DNA of 64,000 bases, taken from positions 1-64,000 of IMG/VR virus record IMGVR_UViG_3300028883_000044. One strand, written 5' to 3'. Both the position numbers and the translations under genes were made by a program. Below the pieces are notes generated by a model. That model had not been told where the DNA came from and made no database searches. It saw only the letters and a program-made list of their open reading frames with translations. How positions within the stretch are numbered: position 1 is the first letter of the stretch; each line of letters opens with the position of its first letter. This DNA is from a virus. Positions 29,202-38,372 of this stretch are shown one piece after another.

Positions 29202-30742
29202 TATAACCACCTTGGGGCTAAAAGTTTTCTAGACTTTCTTAATAATACTAATTCATTTGCTTGATGGTAAGCAAGTATTCCACAAAGCATTGCGGCTGTA
29301 AAATGATCTTCTCCCTTTTTGCCTCCTTTTGTAGTAAGTGTTTTATATACAACCATTCCTGTTGGACCTTTTGTATAAGTCATTCTTTCAAGTTCTGAAA
29401 TTAATTCTAAATCCGTTGAAGAATAGACTATCCTATGATTATTGGAATACTCCTGTAAGAGAGAAACAGAGTAGGGTTTTACTTTTTCAGATACTTCGTT
29501 ACCTTCCGTATCTAATCCTACAGCTATTGAAGCACTGAAATTCACAGGAACTACACGCTTATCATAATTTTTATTTATGTATTCATTATCCGATTGCATA
29601 TGATGTACTGTAGCTTTTCCTGAACTACCCTCATCAATACCTATTAACATTGGTCTGAATTTACTATCTAAATAATCTATGATTTTTTCTTGAATAGGAT
29701 AAGATACTTTTGATAGTTTTATTCTGCAATGGATTCTGAACTCTCCACTAGTTGTTTGATTGAAAACAACTATAGCGGTAGGTTCTGTATAACCTAAGTC
29801 TATACCTATAAGCGAACCAATACTATCTGAAGGAAGTGATGGAATTAAAGATAACTTACTTGTATACTGAGATAAATCACCTTTTAAAGATACTCCATCT
29901 AAATTTGTTTTGTATACTGGATATGTTTGAATTGAAAACAGACGCCTATCAAAAACAGAAAATGTAGGGTTACCATGCCTACCTAAAACTAAATGGATAT
30001 AATCTTCTCCGTCTTTACCACCATATTGTTTTATATTTCTAACCTCGTCATCCTCAGAATATCTTGGGTTTTCATGTGCACTGATTCTATGTTTAGTAAA
30101 CTTATCATCTACTTCATCTGCAAAATACAATACATTATTTTCCCTCAATCCTGTAGGAACACCTGATACCATAAGTTTAAAACCTTCTACCCATGTATTC
30201 AAAGTAGGTAACAATTCTATCCAAGTACCCCAAGGATAAAATCCGGCTTCATCTAGCATTATCATAGGAGTGTGCATACCAACAACATTTGCACCTGTAC
30301 CACTTTGACCAGCTATACGACAATCCAGCATAGTTCCATTTAATAATCTAATAGTAAAACTTGAAGAATTAATTCCTTTCTTTGGATTAATAAAGTTCTT
30401 TAAAAAAGAATTTCCTCTTAGTTTCTGGGTAAGTAAATTAAATACTGGCTCTAAGTGTACTCTATTAGGTACTGTATATGCAATATACTCTGTTCCATAT
30501 ACTCTATTTATTAGTACCCATAGAATAATTTCTGAAATACTTTGCGTTTTACCGACAGCACGTCCACAACATAGTGCTACATAAGAATTAAAATCACATA
30601 TAAATTCTCTCTGATATAGAGTTAATTCCCAGTCCTGTCTCTCATTATCTATATTATTTTCAAACTCTGCAAACATCAGAGGATGTTGTATAACTTCTAG
30701 TATAGCCATTTCCTCGTAGGAAAGTTTTTCTACAATAGCCAT
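29201..30742 (-). CDS. terL: terminase large subunit
   Basis: Walker A GRAVGKT, Walker B MLDEA, nuclease GIDLG, C-terminal EDH. Confidence 0.88.
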   Translation of the reverse strand: MAIVEKLSYEEMAILEVIQHPLMFAEFENNIDNERQDWELTLYQREFICDFNSYVALCCGRAVGKTQSISEIILWVLINRVYGTEYIAYTVPNRVHLEPVFNLLTQKLRGNSFLKNFINPKKGINSSSFTIRLLNGTMLDCRIAGQSGTGANVVGMHTPMIMLDEAGFYPWGTWIELLPTLNTWVEGFKLMVSGVPTGLRENNVLYFADEVDDKFTKHRISAHENPRYSEDDEVRNIKQYGGKDGEDYIHLVLGRHGNPTFSVFDRRLFSIQTYPVYKTNLDGVSLKGDLSQYTSKLSLIPSLPSDSIGSLIGIDLGYTEPTAIVVFNQTTSGEFRIHCRIKLSKVSYPIQEKIIDYLDSKFRPMLIGIDEGSSGKATVHHMQSDNEYINKNYDKRVVPVNFSASIAVGLDTEGNEVSEKVKPYSVSLLQEYSNNHRIVYSSTDLELISELERMTYTKGPTGMVVYKTLTTKGGKKGEDHFTAAMLCGILAYHQANELVLLRKSRKLLAPRWL

Positions 30743-30743
30743 G

Positions 30744-31397
30744 TTAGAACTCCGGAACCGCTTCTATATTTTTCATCCCATTCTCTACTAATTCGGGATA
30801 AGTTAAAATGACCTTTTCATCACACCTATCACAATAAAACCAAAACTTATTCTTAGAAGATTCTGGATATAGTACCCAAACACTTCCAATAAACATTTTG
30901 CATTTAGGGCAGAAAACTCTAGCGTATCTAGATTCATAAAATTGTTTAGCTCTATCTTTTAAATTATCTATGTAAGCAAGTACTGATTCTTCTCTGTCAC
31001 CTTTTCGTATACGTCTAGTTATTTTTAAATCTTCCTGCATTTTAGAAATATCAGCTCTAAGATTATTCATTATACTTGAAACTTTTCTAATCTGTTCAAT
31101 TTCATTAGATTCGCTGTTACCCATCATATCTCTTTGTAGCCGATAAGTATACTGTTCATAATCTTCTAAGGCAATCATTGAACGAATCAATGAATCTAAA
31201 GTACCCATATCATTTACTTTCAAATCATCTATATCATAATCTTCACTAAAACTTTTTAATCTTTCTTGTACCCTTGTTTCAAACTCTTTACTTTTTAAAC
31301 TTTTATCTTCAATCTTTCTATAAATAATATCAAACTCTTCGTCAGATAGCTCTTGATACTGTCTTAAATTCCTTACACTCTCCTTACTCTTAGCCAT
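30744..31397 (-). CDS. putative terminase small subunit with a C-terminal Zn ribbon
   Basis: directly upstream of terL; coiled coil; CPKC...CDRC. Confidence 0.55.
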   Translation of the reverse strand: MAKSKESVRNLRQYQELSDEEFDIIYRKIEDKSLKSKEFETRVQERLKSFSEDYDIDDLKVNDMGTLDSLIRSMIALEDYEQYTYRLQRDMMGNSESNEIEQIRKVSSIMNNLRADISKMQEDLKITRRIRKGDREESVLAYIDNLKDRAKQFYESRYARVFCPKCKMFIGSVWVLYPESSKNKFWFYCDRCDEKVILTYPELVENGMKNIEAVPEF

Positions 31398-32301
31398 GTC
31401 TGCACCTCCAGTAATTAATTATATGGGGTTCTAACCACCTTGTTTGAATATTTATTTCAGATGGTAAATCTAATCCAGAAGTTAATGGATAAACATTCCC
31501 ATTGTAAGGCAAAGAGTAAGTTTCTTTCCCAGGCAATCCTCCCCACTTACCTATATAATAATTCTTATTCATTTCAAAATACTGTGGATCAGAACCGCCA
31601 GAACCTTCATGTATAGTTCTACTCCAAAAATGGAAATAGTAAGCATTTTTTAATTTACAAGCATACTTACTAAGTCCTTTTAAATATCCCCTAAAAGCAT
31701 AATCGTTATCTTCAAAATAGGCTGGATAGAAATTTGTATCTATATAACCTATTGTTTCAAATACCTTTTTAGAAACCAAACCCATATTATGAACGTCTAT
31801 TATATCAAACTTACCTACTAAGATTTCTTCTGAATAACCTTTAAATAATTCCCAAGGCTTTTTCTCTAAATTTTTTATTATATATTTATTAGTATTGATG
31901 TTTGATTTTATTTGCGGATAATATTCTAATAATTTTTTTATACTCAATTCACTTGCTGTTACCCAATGATAACCTAAATCAGCTTGTTTTATTAATGAGT
32001 CTATACTATAAGGATAAGCTATAATATCATTTCCTATAATAATAAGATATTCATAATTATTATTTATAAAAGCATAATCATACAGATCATTCAAAGATGC
32101 AGGAAATCCTTTGTTCTCAGAATGTCTTATACTTCTGATATTATTCTTATCTACCCACTTTTTAGTTGGTGTGTCTGTAGGCTTGCCATCAACTATTAAA
32201 AAATCAAATGCCGATTTTGTTGTATTTTTTATAGATTCATAAGCCAATTTACTATAAGTTAAATTACCATAAGTAACCATGCCTATTAATGTTTTCGCCA
32301 A
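31390..32301 (-). CDS. GT2 glycosyltransferase
   Basis: IGMVTYG, IVDG, ENKGFPASLN, GND, GYIDTNFYPAYFEDNDYAFR. Confidence 0.9.
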   Translation of the reverse strand: MAKTLIGMVTYGNLTYSKLAYESIKNTTKSAFDFLIVDGKPTDTPTKKWVDKNNIRSIRHSENKGFPASLNDLYDYAFINNNYEYLIIIGNDIIAYPYSIDSLIKQADLGYHWVTASELSIKKLLEYYPQIKSNINTNKYIIKNLEKKPWELFKGYSEEILVGKFDIIDVHNMGLVSKKVFETIGYIDTNFYPAYFEDNDYAFRGYLKGLSKYACKLKNAYYFHFWSRTIHEGSGGSDPQYFEMNKNYYIGKWGGLPGKETYSLPYNGNVYPLTSGLDLPSEINIQTRWLEPHIINYWRCRHG

Positions 32302-33215
32302 ATTTCAATTTCCTCCTCCATCCTGTTAACAATTCTATTTACATCTGTTACATTACTCCAAGTTTTCCTAGCATTTGTTTTAATATTGTATAGTAAATTA
32401 GAACCTTCCAAAGTTCTGCAAAAAGATAAGAAGAAAAAATCTTCCCTATTATAGTTATCTTTTACCTGAGTAAAAACGTAAGGTCCAGAACTTCTACCTA
32501 TAACACCATTACAGTATGTACTTAAATAACTTATCTCATTTAAGTCTTTATTATTTGGTGCTTTTATTATATCTTCTGTATAAACAACATTATCTAACAA
32601 TAGTGTGCTAAACTTTTGAGTAAGTATAAATACAATATCTGGATATTTTTTAGCTATTGAATATATAGGTTTATCAAAATTAAAATTAACTGCTTGATCT
32701 GAACTAGCAAACCCGTTGCTTACCAAAATCTTTTTTCTAGGTTCATTATCTACAAACTTATCTATATTATCCAGTAACTTATTATCCAAAAGTAAATAGT
32801 TTATTGTTGGTGTATAGTGATAAATATCTTTATCAAACCATCTACCATATCCAATATTTTCAAAAATATCATTAAACATATCTTTAAATTTAAAGAGAGC
32901 ACATCCTATCCCTGGCAAAACATATTTTGATTCTAAACCTATCCATGTATTTATATATAGATTATTATTAATAATATCAAAATGTTTTCCAAAAGGACAT
33001 GTCTTACTAACCTTCTCATAATATAAATTAGGGACATCTTGCAAAAGTAATTTTCCGTGCGGATGTTGATATATAACTTTATCAACATTCACAACACGCA
33101 TAGTATCTGAAACAAACTGTTTAGAGTTGAAGATGTCCCCATTACCATAAATATTAAAAAATATTAGATTTTTAAATTTTAACATTTTTAGAAAATTCTT
33201 CCACAACTTCGGCAA
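32286..33215 (-). CDS. putative GT-B fold glycosyltransferase (start probably at MLKFK)
   Basis: GNGDIF N-terminal motif; LNEISYLS...IGRSSGP resembles GT9-like C-termini. Confidence 0.55.
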   Translation of the reverse strand: MPKLWKNFLKMLKFKNLIFFNIYGNGDIFNSKQFVSDTMRVVNVDKVIYQHPHGKLLLQDVPNLYYEKVSKTCPFGKHFDIINNNLYINTWIGLESKYVLPGIGCALFKFKDMFNDIFENIGYGRWFDKDIYHYTPTINYLLLDNKLLDNIDKFVDNEPRKKILVSNGFASSDQAVNFNFDKPIYSIAKKYPDIVFILTQKFSTLLLDNVVYTEDIIKAPNNKDLNEISYLSTYCNGVIGRSSGPYVFTQVKDNYNREDFFFLSFCRTLEGSNLLYNIKTNARKTWSNVTDVNRIVNRMEEEIEIWRKH

Positions 33216-34275
33216 TATATTCTTGCTGACTATATGTTAATTCTGGATAGCTTGGAAGAATTATTACCTCCTTGTTTAGTAGTTTAGCAGAATCTTCTTT
33301 GCCTTTAAACTTTTCTTGCAAATGTTTATGATAAGATACAGGGTAAAATAAAGGTCGAGTTTCTATATTCCTATCTTTAAAAAATCTATACGCATCATCA
33401 TAATTAGAGTTTCCTCTAATTCTAATTCCAAACATCCAGTTAGAATGTTTAGTATTTACAACTTCTATTTGAAATCTAACTTTAGGATTCTTTCTTAATA
33501 ATTTTCTATACCGACTAAATACTATATCCTTCTTATGAGCTATCTCTGGATAATCTTCTATTTGAGCATATAACATAGAAGCACTAACATTATTCAATCT
33601 ATAATTATATCCGAGTTCATCATGTATAAATTTTTTTTCTGTTTGACCTTGACCAAATATCTTTCGAGCATAGTCATAAATTTCTTTATACTTAGTTACA
33701 AAAGCACCGCCTTCTCCACAAGTTATATTTTTATTTCCAAAAAAAGAAAATGTGGAAAATACAGACTCTGTCCCAGCATGGTTAGAATTATAATAACCAC
33801 CAAAAGCTTCGCAAGCATCTTCGAAAATAATTTTATCTGGAAACATTTCTTTTAGCCTATAAACATTTATAACATTACCTAAATTATGTGTTACATAGAT
33901 AGCGTCAAATTCTTTTTGTTTTTCTAATAAATGTCTAGTGCTCATATTCCAAGAACTTAGGCTTGCATCTATAGGAACAAACTCGTAATCAAAATTATCA
34001 TACAATAATGAATTCCATACAGACACATAAACATTATTAGGAACAGCTATACGCTTTACTTGCGGATAAAATTTATGTAAACACTTAATCATTAAATGAT
34101 TAGCTACTGTACCATTACTTGTAAGTAAAACATAATCACTATCTATAAATCGTTTTAGTTTATCCGTAGCAAAATCTACATACATACCATTAGAAGAAAT
34201 CCAACCACTCCTAATTGCACTTTCACCAAACTTAATTAGCCTTTCCGTTATATAGGGTTTATATACGGGTATCAT
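33172..34275 (-). CDS. DegT/DnrJ/EryC1/StrS PLP-dependent sugar aminotransferase (perosamine synthase-like)
   Basis: SGWISS, SNGT, EDACEAFG, FSFFGNKNITCGEGG (PLP Lys), GYNYRL, LPSYP. Confidence 0.93.
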   Translation of the reverse strand: MIPVYKPYITERLIKFGESAIRSGWISSNGMYVDFATDKLKRFIDSDYVLLTSNGTVANHLMIKCLHKFYPQVKRIAVPNNVYVSVWNSLLYDNFDYEFVPIDASLSSWNMSTRHLLEKQKEFDAIYVTHNLGNVINVYRLKEMFPDKIIFEDACEAFGGYYNSNHAGTESVFSTFSFFGNKNITCGEGGAFVTKYKEIYDYARKIFGQGQTEKKFIHDELGYNYRLNNVSASMLYAQIEDYPEIAHKKDIVFSRYRKLLRKNPKVRFQIEVVNTKHSNWMFGIRIRGNSNYDDAYRFFKDRNIETRPLFYPVSYHKHLQEKFKGKEDSAKLLNKEVIILPSYPELTYSQQEYIAEVVEEFSKNVKI

Positions 34276-34817
34276 AATGTAGCTACTACTATATCATCTT
34301 TGGCTAAATTACTATTTTCGTAAATAATAGAATATTCAGGATTGATAACTTTTAACATTCTTATAATTCTATGTTCTGTTACATTTTTCCATTCATTTAT
34401 ACTACCCATTAAACTTCTATTATTGACTAAAATAGTATGTATATTTAATTTATGACTACGAATAATATCTAACTCATTTACTAAAGGCATTGTAGCAATT
34501 CCCTTCTTTTTATTTAAGGCTGGGAAAGTATAACTATCTAACCAAAATGTAACTGGTACATCAATATTATCTATAAGTTTTTCTAATACCTCTAAAGAAT
34601 CTCCGTAGTAAAGTTTTACTTTTGTATTATTAGAGAATTTCTTTTTGGCTTTTGTATAATAAGGTTTATAAACTTCTATTGAATATATTTTTGAAAAACT
34701 TTTACAACCCAAAGCAGTTGCTACACCACCACCTAAGTAAGTTCCCGTTTCTACAAAAATACTATTCGGATATTTATTCAAAACACTAACAGGTAAACTC
34801 ATTGAATTATTCTCCAT
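34272..34817 (-). CDS. SAM-dependent methyltransferase-like protein
   Basis: FVETGTYLG, YSIE, GDS, FWLD motifs. Confidence 0.7.
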   Translation of the reverse strand: MENNSMSLPVSVLNKYPNSIFVETGTYLGGGVATALGCKSFSKIYSIEVYKPYYTKAKKKFSNNTKVKLYYGDSLEVLEKLIDNIDVPVTFWLDSYTFPALNKKKGIATMPLVNELDIIRSHKLNIHTILVNNRSLMGSINEWKNVTEHRIIRMLKVINPEYSIIYENSNLAKDDIVVATL

Positions 34818-34818
34818 T

Positions 34819-35409
34819 CTAATTATCCTTCCTTGTGGCTGTCATATTATAGTGTAAGGGTTGTGGTTTTACAGTTGAGCAGTCATAATAAATTGTATCA
34901 AATTTAATATTGTAAAAATCTTTTTCAAACATGGCTCTCAATCCCATTTCAGAGAATCGCCAAAAATCAGGAAAGGGTTGATGTAGCCTAAAATAAAATG
35001 GAGTGGATAAATATAACCTACCTTCCGGTTTTATTAAGTAAGCTAAAATCTCAGGCACTTCAAACGCACGTTTAACATGCTCTATCACATCTAAAATTAA
35101 AACAGTATCAAATTCTTCTAAGTTAAAGGCTTTATAAGCTTCCTCTATTCCTATATTATAATCTACGTCTGCTTTTTCATAAGGGTCTATAGAAGTATAT
35201 ACGCACCCTTTTTGTTCTATTGTTTCTTGTGTATTTACATAAAAACATTTTATAGGAACAAACTCATAAACCATTGGACCTACTTCTAAAACATTTCCTG
35301 TTACTTCTTCGAAAATAGTTTTCGTAATAAAGTCATAAATGTGTTTTCGTATATCAACGGTAGGTACATCTATTGGTTTCTCTCCTAATTTATTTTCGGC
35401 TATTTCCAT
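34819..35409 (-). CDS. class I SAM methyltransferase (Methyltransf_11-like)
   Basis: VLEVG, FDTVLILDVIEH, LIKPEG, STPF..H..PDFWRF. Confidence 0.85.
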   Translation of the reverse strand: MEIAENKLGEKPIDVPTVDIRKHIYDFITKTIFEEVTGNVLEVGPMVYEFVPIKCFYVNTQETIEQKGCVYTSIDPYEKADVDYNIGIEEAYKAFNLEEFDTVLILDVIEHVKRAFEVPEILAYLIKPEGRLYLSTPFYFRLHQPFPDFWRFSEMGLRAMFEKDFYNIKFDTIYYDCSTVKPQPLHYNMTATRKDN

Positions 35410-35418
35410 CCTCTCCTC

Positions 35419-35721
35419 CTAATATGACTTATGTTTTTGTTGTACAATTTTATTAACTTCTACAACCCTTTCGGCGGCTTGCTTTAGAAACTCTAACATT
35501 TTGAAATCTATCTCATCTATTAAATCATTTCTTTGCAAGTTTAAATCAATTCCTTTTTTAAATTGTTTGTATAATTCTTCCATACCTTCATCATTATAAT
35601 ATCTATTTTTAAATTCTTCAAATGACATATGTCTTATTTTATAAAACATTTCTTGAGCGTTCCACATTTTTAAATTTACTATAGATAATTTATCAACAAG
35701 GCTTCCAAGTGTATCACTCAT
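35419..35721 (-). CDS. small helical protein, DUF4254-like
   Basis: TLGSLVDKLSIVNLKMW...LNLQRNDLIDEID. Confidence 0.6.
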   Translation of the reverse strand: MSDTLGSLVDKLSIVNLKMWNAQEMFYKIRHMSFEEFKNRYYNDEGMEELYKQFKKGIDLNLQRNDLIDEIDFKMLEFLKQAAERVVEVNKIVQQKHKSY

Positions 35722-36032
35722 GCTTTTCTCCTAACTAATTCATCTAATTTTTCTAAATCCTCATAAGGATTACAGCTTCTATCATCTACCCAATAATCAT
35801 AATGTACTTTACCCATCATAAGTATATGGTAATTAACATTGTTATCCTTTAGCCATTTAGCTGTCATTTCATATTCTTGCCAACCTCTAGCTGTATATAT
35901 TATAATTGTATCTCCCCTATTATAAAGTCGATTAATATAACTTATAATAGTATAAACAGGTAAAGCTAAACTTCTTTCAAATGTCGGTTTTTCAGTACAT
36001 ATTGTACCATCTAAATCGAATACAAACTTCAT
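35718..36032 (-). CDS. minimal HAD phosphatase (capsule-biosynthesis type)
   Basis: FDLDGTIC, YTARG, GK...YWVDD. Confidence 0.85.
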   Translation of the reverse strand: MKFVFDLDGTICTEKPTFERSLALPVYTIISYINRLYNRGDTIIIYTARGWQEYEMTAKWLKDNNVNYHILMMGKVHYDYWVDDRSCNPYEDLEKLDELVRRKA

Positions 36033-37000
36033 GCTGTTAACCTAAAAACATGATCCCTACTAGAGCGAACTAATTTAAATCCTTCATGTGCTTCTAAATT
36101 TTTTACTGGTTTATTTTCTATATTCTTTTTAAAATTATTTTCTAAGTATGTTATAAAGTCTAAACCGCATTGAATACTAAATGTACTTCCACCACCAAAT
36201 CTAGAATTTATTTCTATAAGATAAGGCTTATTATCTTTAACAATAAATTGAAAATTGCAAGGACCGGTTACACCAAAAGTTTCTCCTACTATTTTAGTAA
36301 GATAAATAAGTTGTGGATTATGTACTGATTTACTTATAATAACTTCACCATAACCAATTCTATCTCTAGTCCTTACAACACAGTCTATAAACTTTTTAGA
36401 AATACAATCAAAGTAAGCATCTACAGAATATTCTTCTCCGTCTACATACTTTTGAAATACATAACCATTTTTTTTCACAGTTTCATATTCTGAATATGTA
36501 AGCTTTTTTATCCCTAAAGAGGAATGACCATTAATAGGTTTCTTTATAACTTTCTCACCACTCTCAACCGAAGGGTAAATATAATCAAAATTTTCTTTCA
36601 TAGCTTGTTCAAAAACTAATTTGTCATAAGACATTTCAGCCACAGTAAAAGTTTTAATAGGAAATTTACTTAACATATATTCATCATTAAAAAACTCCAA
36701 ACTGTATAACCAACTAGCACTATCCATCAAAGGCACAACTAAATCAATATTATTGTTATCTACTAGAAAGCGTATGGTTGAATTAAACTTTATACTATTT
36801 TTAAATTCAAATTCAATTCCTTGATACATTACAATAGAATTTCTAGGTAGTTTCATTAGTGGGGAAAATCTAGGTTCTAATTCAGTAGCGTAGATTCTCC
36901 AACCATTAACAATAAAATGTAAAGCTAATTCATATCTCCTACCACCACCTAAAAATAAAACTGATTTATTTAAATCTATAAGGTCATCTTTTTTAAACAT
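36029..37000 (-). CDS. ATP-grasp ligase (carbamoyl-phosphate synthase-like family found in polysaccharide loci)
   Basis: GGGRR, DK, KPINGHSS, QKYVDGEEYSVD, IEINSRFGGG. Confidence 0.88.
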   Translation of the reverse strand: MFKKDDLIDLNKSVLFLGGGRRYELALHFIVNGWRIYATELEPRFSPLMKLPRNSIVMYQGIEFEFKNSIKFNSTIRFLVDNNNIDLVVPLMDSASWLYSLEFFNDEYMLSKFPIKTFTVAEMSYDKLVFEQAMKENFDYIYPSVESGEKVIKKPINGHSSLGIKKLTYSEYETVKKNGYVFQKYVDGEEYSVDAYFDCISKKFIDCVVRTRDRIGYGEVIISKSVHNPQLIYLTKIVGETFGVTGPCNFQFIVKDNKPYLIEINSRFGGGSTFSIQCGLDFITYLENNFKKNIENKPVKNLEAHEGFKLVRSSRDHVFRLTA

Positions 37001-37016
37001 TTCCTCTCCTTACCTA

Positions 37017-37238
37017 TTAATAGTAACATATTAAATAGAAGGGTATATAATACACTACAACAACAATTATATAAACAATTCCAAATATAGATGTGTATAT
37101 AAATTTATCAAAAGTTCCCAAATCATCTTTCAGCTTCATAATTTTCCACATCCAACGAAGAAAATTAATAGACATAGTAATAAAAAATAAAAACATAATT
37201 ATTGCTAACAGCAGTCTTATATAGAGCATGTACTCCAC
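37017..37238 (-). CDS. small 2-TM membrane protein
   Basis: two hydrophobic stretches. Confidence 0.55.
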   Translation of the reverse strand: MEYMLYIRLLLAIIMFLFFITMSINFLRWMWKIMKLKDDLGTFDKFIYTSIFGIVYIIVVVVYYIPFYLICYY

Positions 37239-37444
37239 CCACAGCTAAGACAAGTTAAACATCTACCATTTCTTAAAGTTATAGCACCACAAATAGGGCA
37301 GTGGATATAAGCTTTATCATCTGACTCTAAAGTTTTTTGTTCAATACTCTTAGAATTACTTCCAAAAGTTTCTAGTTTTTTTTGATTTTCTATTAGTAAT
37401 TCGTTATTATTTAACATTTTTTCTCCTTTTTCTTTTACTATCAT
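37217..37444 (-). CDS. small protein with an NrdJ C-terminal-like Cys/Zn ribbon
   Basis: CPICG..TLRNGRCLTCLSCGWSTCS. Confidence 0.6.
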   Translation of the reverse strand: MIVKEKGEKMLNNNELLIENQKKLETFGSNSKSIEQKTLESDDKAYIHCPICGAITLRNGRCLTCLSCGWSTCSI

Positions 37445-37631
37445 CTTTAATATTATACCACAAATCTGTAGTATCTTGTAATATTTTATGTAATTCTTCT
37501 TTATTTTGTATCTTTTTAAAACATTCTTTATGGAAAAAGATATTCCGATAAGGAATATCTATACCATACATATAATAATCGTCTGCTAAAAATATTGGTT
37601 TACCACAATAAGGGCATCTATTTTTTCTCAA
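37407..37631 (-). CDS. small Zn-finger protein
   Basis: CPYC...HKEC. Confidence 0.6.
   Translation of the reverse strand: MRKNRCPYCGKPIFLADDYYMYGIDIPYRNIFFHKECFKKIQNKEELHKILQDTTDLWYNIKDDSKRKRRKNVK
37452..37463 (-). promoter_or_regulatory. extended -10 element upstream of the glycosylation/morphogenesis genes
   Basis: TTGTGGTATAAT on the minus strand; weak -35. Confidence 0.4.
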
Positions 37632-37849
37632 TAGCGTTCTCCACTTCTGTTACCTTTAGCATATGAGAATAATCTTTTCATAAAGTTTTCAGATAACAAA
37701 CCTTTACTACCTGTCATAAGAAAATTAAGAAGCCTATTCAAATCACTTCTCGCCATAGGTACATAAATAATATCGTGTTCCTCTACATGCTTATTTCTCT
37801 CAACAATTGTTTTAAATTTTTTACCACAATAGTAACATTTATAATCCAT
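37628..37849 (-). CDS. C2H2 zinc-finger protein
   Basis: YKCYYCGKKF.......KHVEEH fits the C2H2 consensus. Confidence 0.7.
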   Translation of the reverse strand: MDYKCYYCGKKFKTIVERNKHVEEHDIIYVPMARSDLNRLLNFLMTGSKGLLSENFMKRLFSYAKGNRSGERY

Positions 37850-38372
37850 TTCTTACCATCCTTCCCAAAGCTTCGTGTAATGAATAGGGTACATATTTAT
37901 TATTTGTATCTACTCCAACATCTAAACGGTTATGCCTAGATGTTGATTTCCCATGAGTATGCCCATGAAAATGTAAATGTCCTCTAAAAGAACCAGCCCA
38001 ACTTTCTAAGGGAAAATGCGACAACACAATATTAATACCCGTTACTTTTATTTTATATATTGGTTCTAAAAATTCAATTTTATCTTTTAGTAATTTATGT
38101 TTTATAAAATGCTTTGCCCAATAGTCATGTTGTAAAGGTGAATAAATAAAATAAATAAAACCATTTAATTCATTAATAATATTATAAACCATCTTCCAAT
38201 TACCAAATGAAAAATCCCCTAATTGATATACTATATCTTTTTCACTCACAACACTATTCCAAGAATTGATTAATGCAGTATTCATTTCTTGTTTAGAACT
38301 AAAATCACGATTACAATAATTTATAATTTTAGTGTGATTAAAGTGTTGGTCTGCTGTAAAAAAATATTCCAT
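37839..38372 (-). CDS. calcineurin-like metallophosphoesterase
   Basis: FTADQHFNH, LGDF, LSHFP, HGHTHG, DVGVD; ATG overlaps the upstream TAA. Confidence 0.88.
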   Translation of the reverse strand: MEYFFTADQHFNHTKIINYCNRDFSSKQEMNTALINSWNSVVSEKDIVYQLGDFSFGNWKMVYNIINELNGFIYFIYSPLQHDYWAKHFIKHKLLKDKIEFLEPIYKIKVTGINIVLSHFPLESWAGSFRGHLHFHGHTHGKSTSRHNRLDVGVDTNNKYVPYSLHEALGRMVRNGL

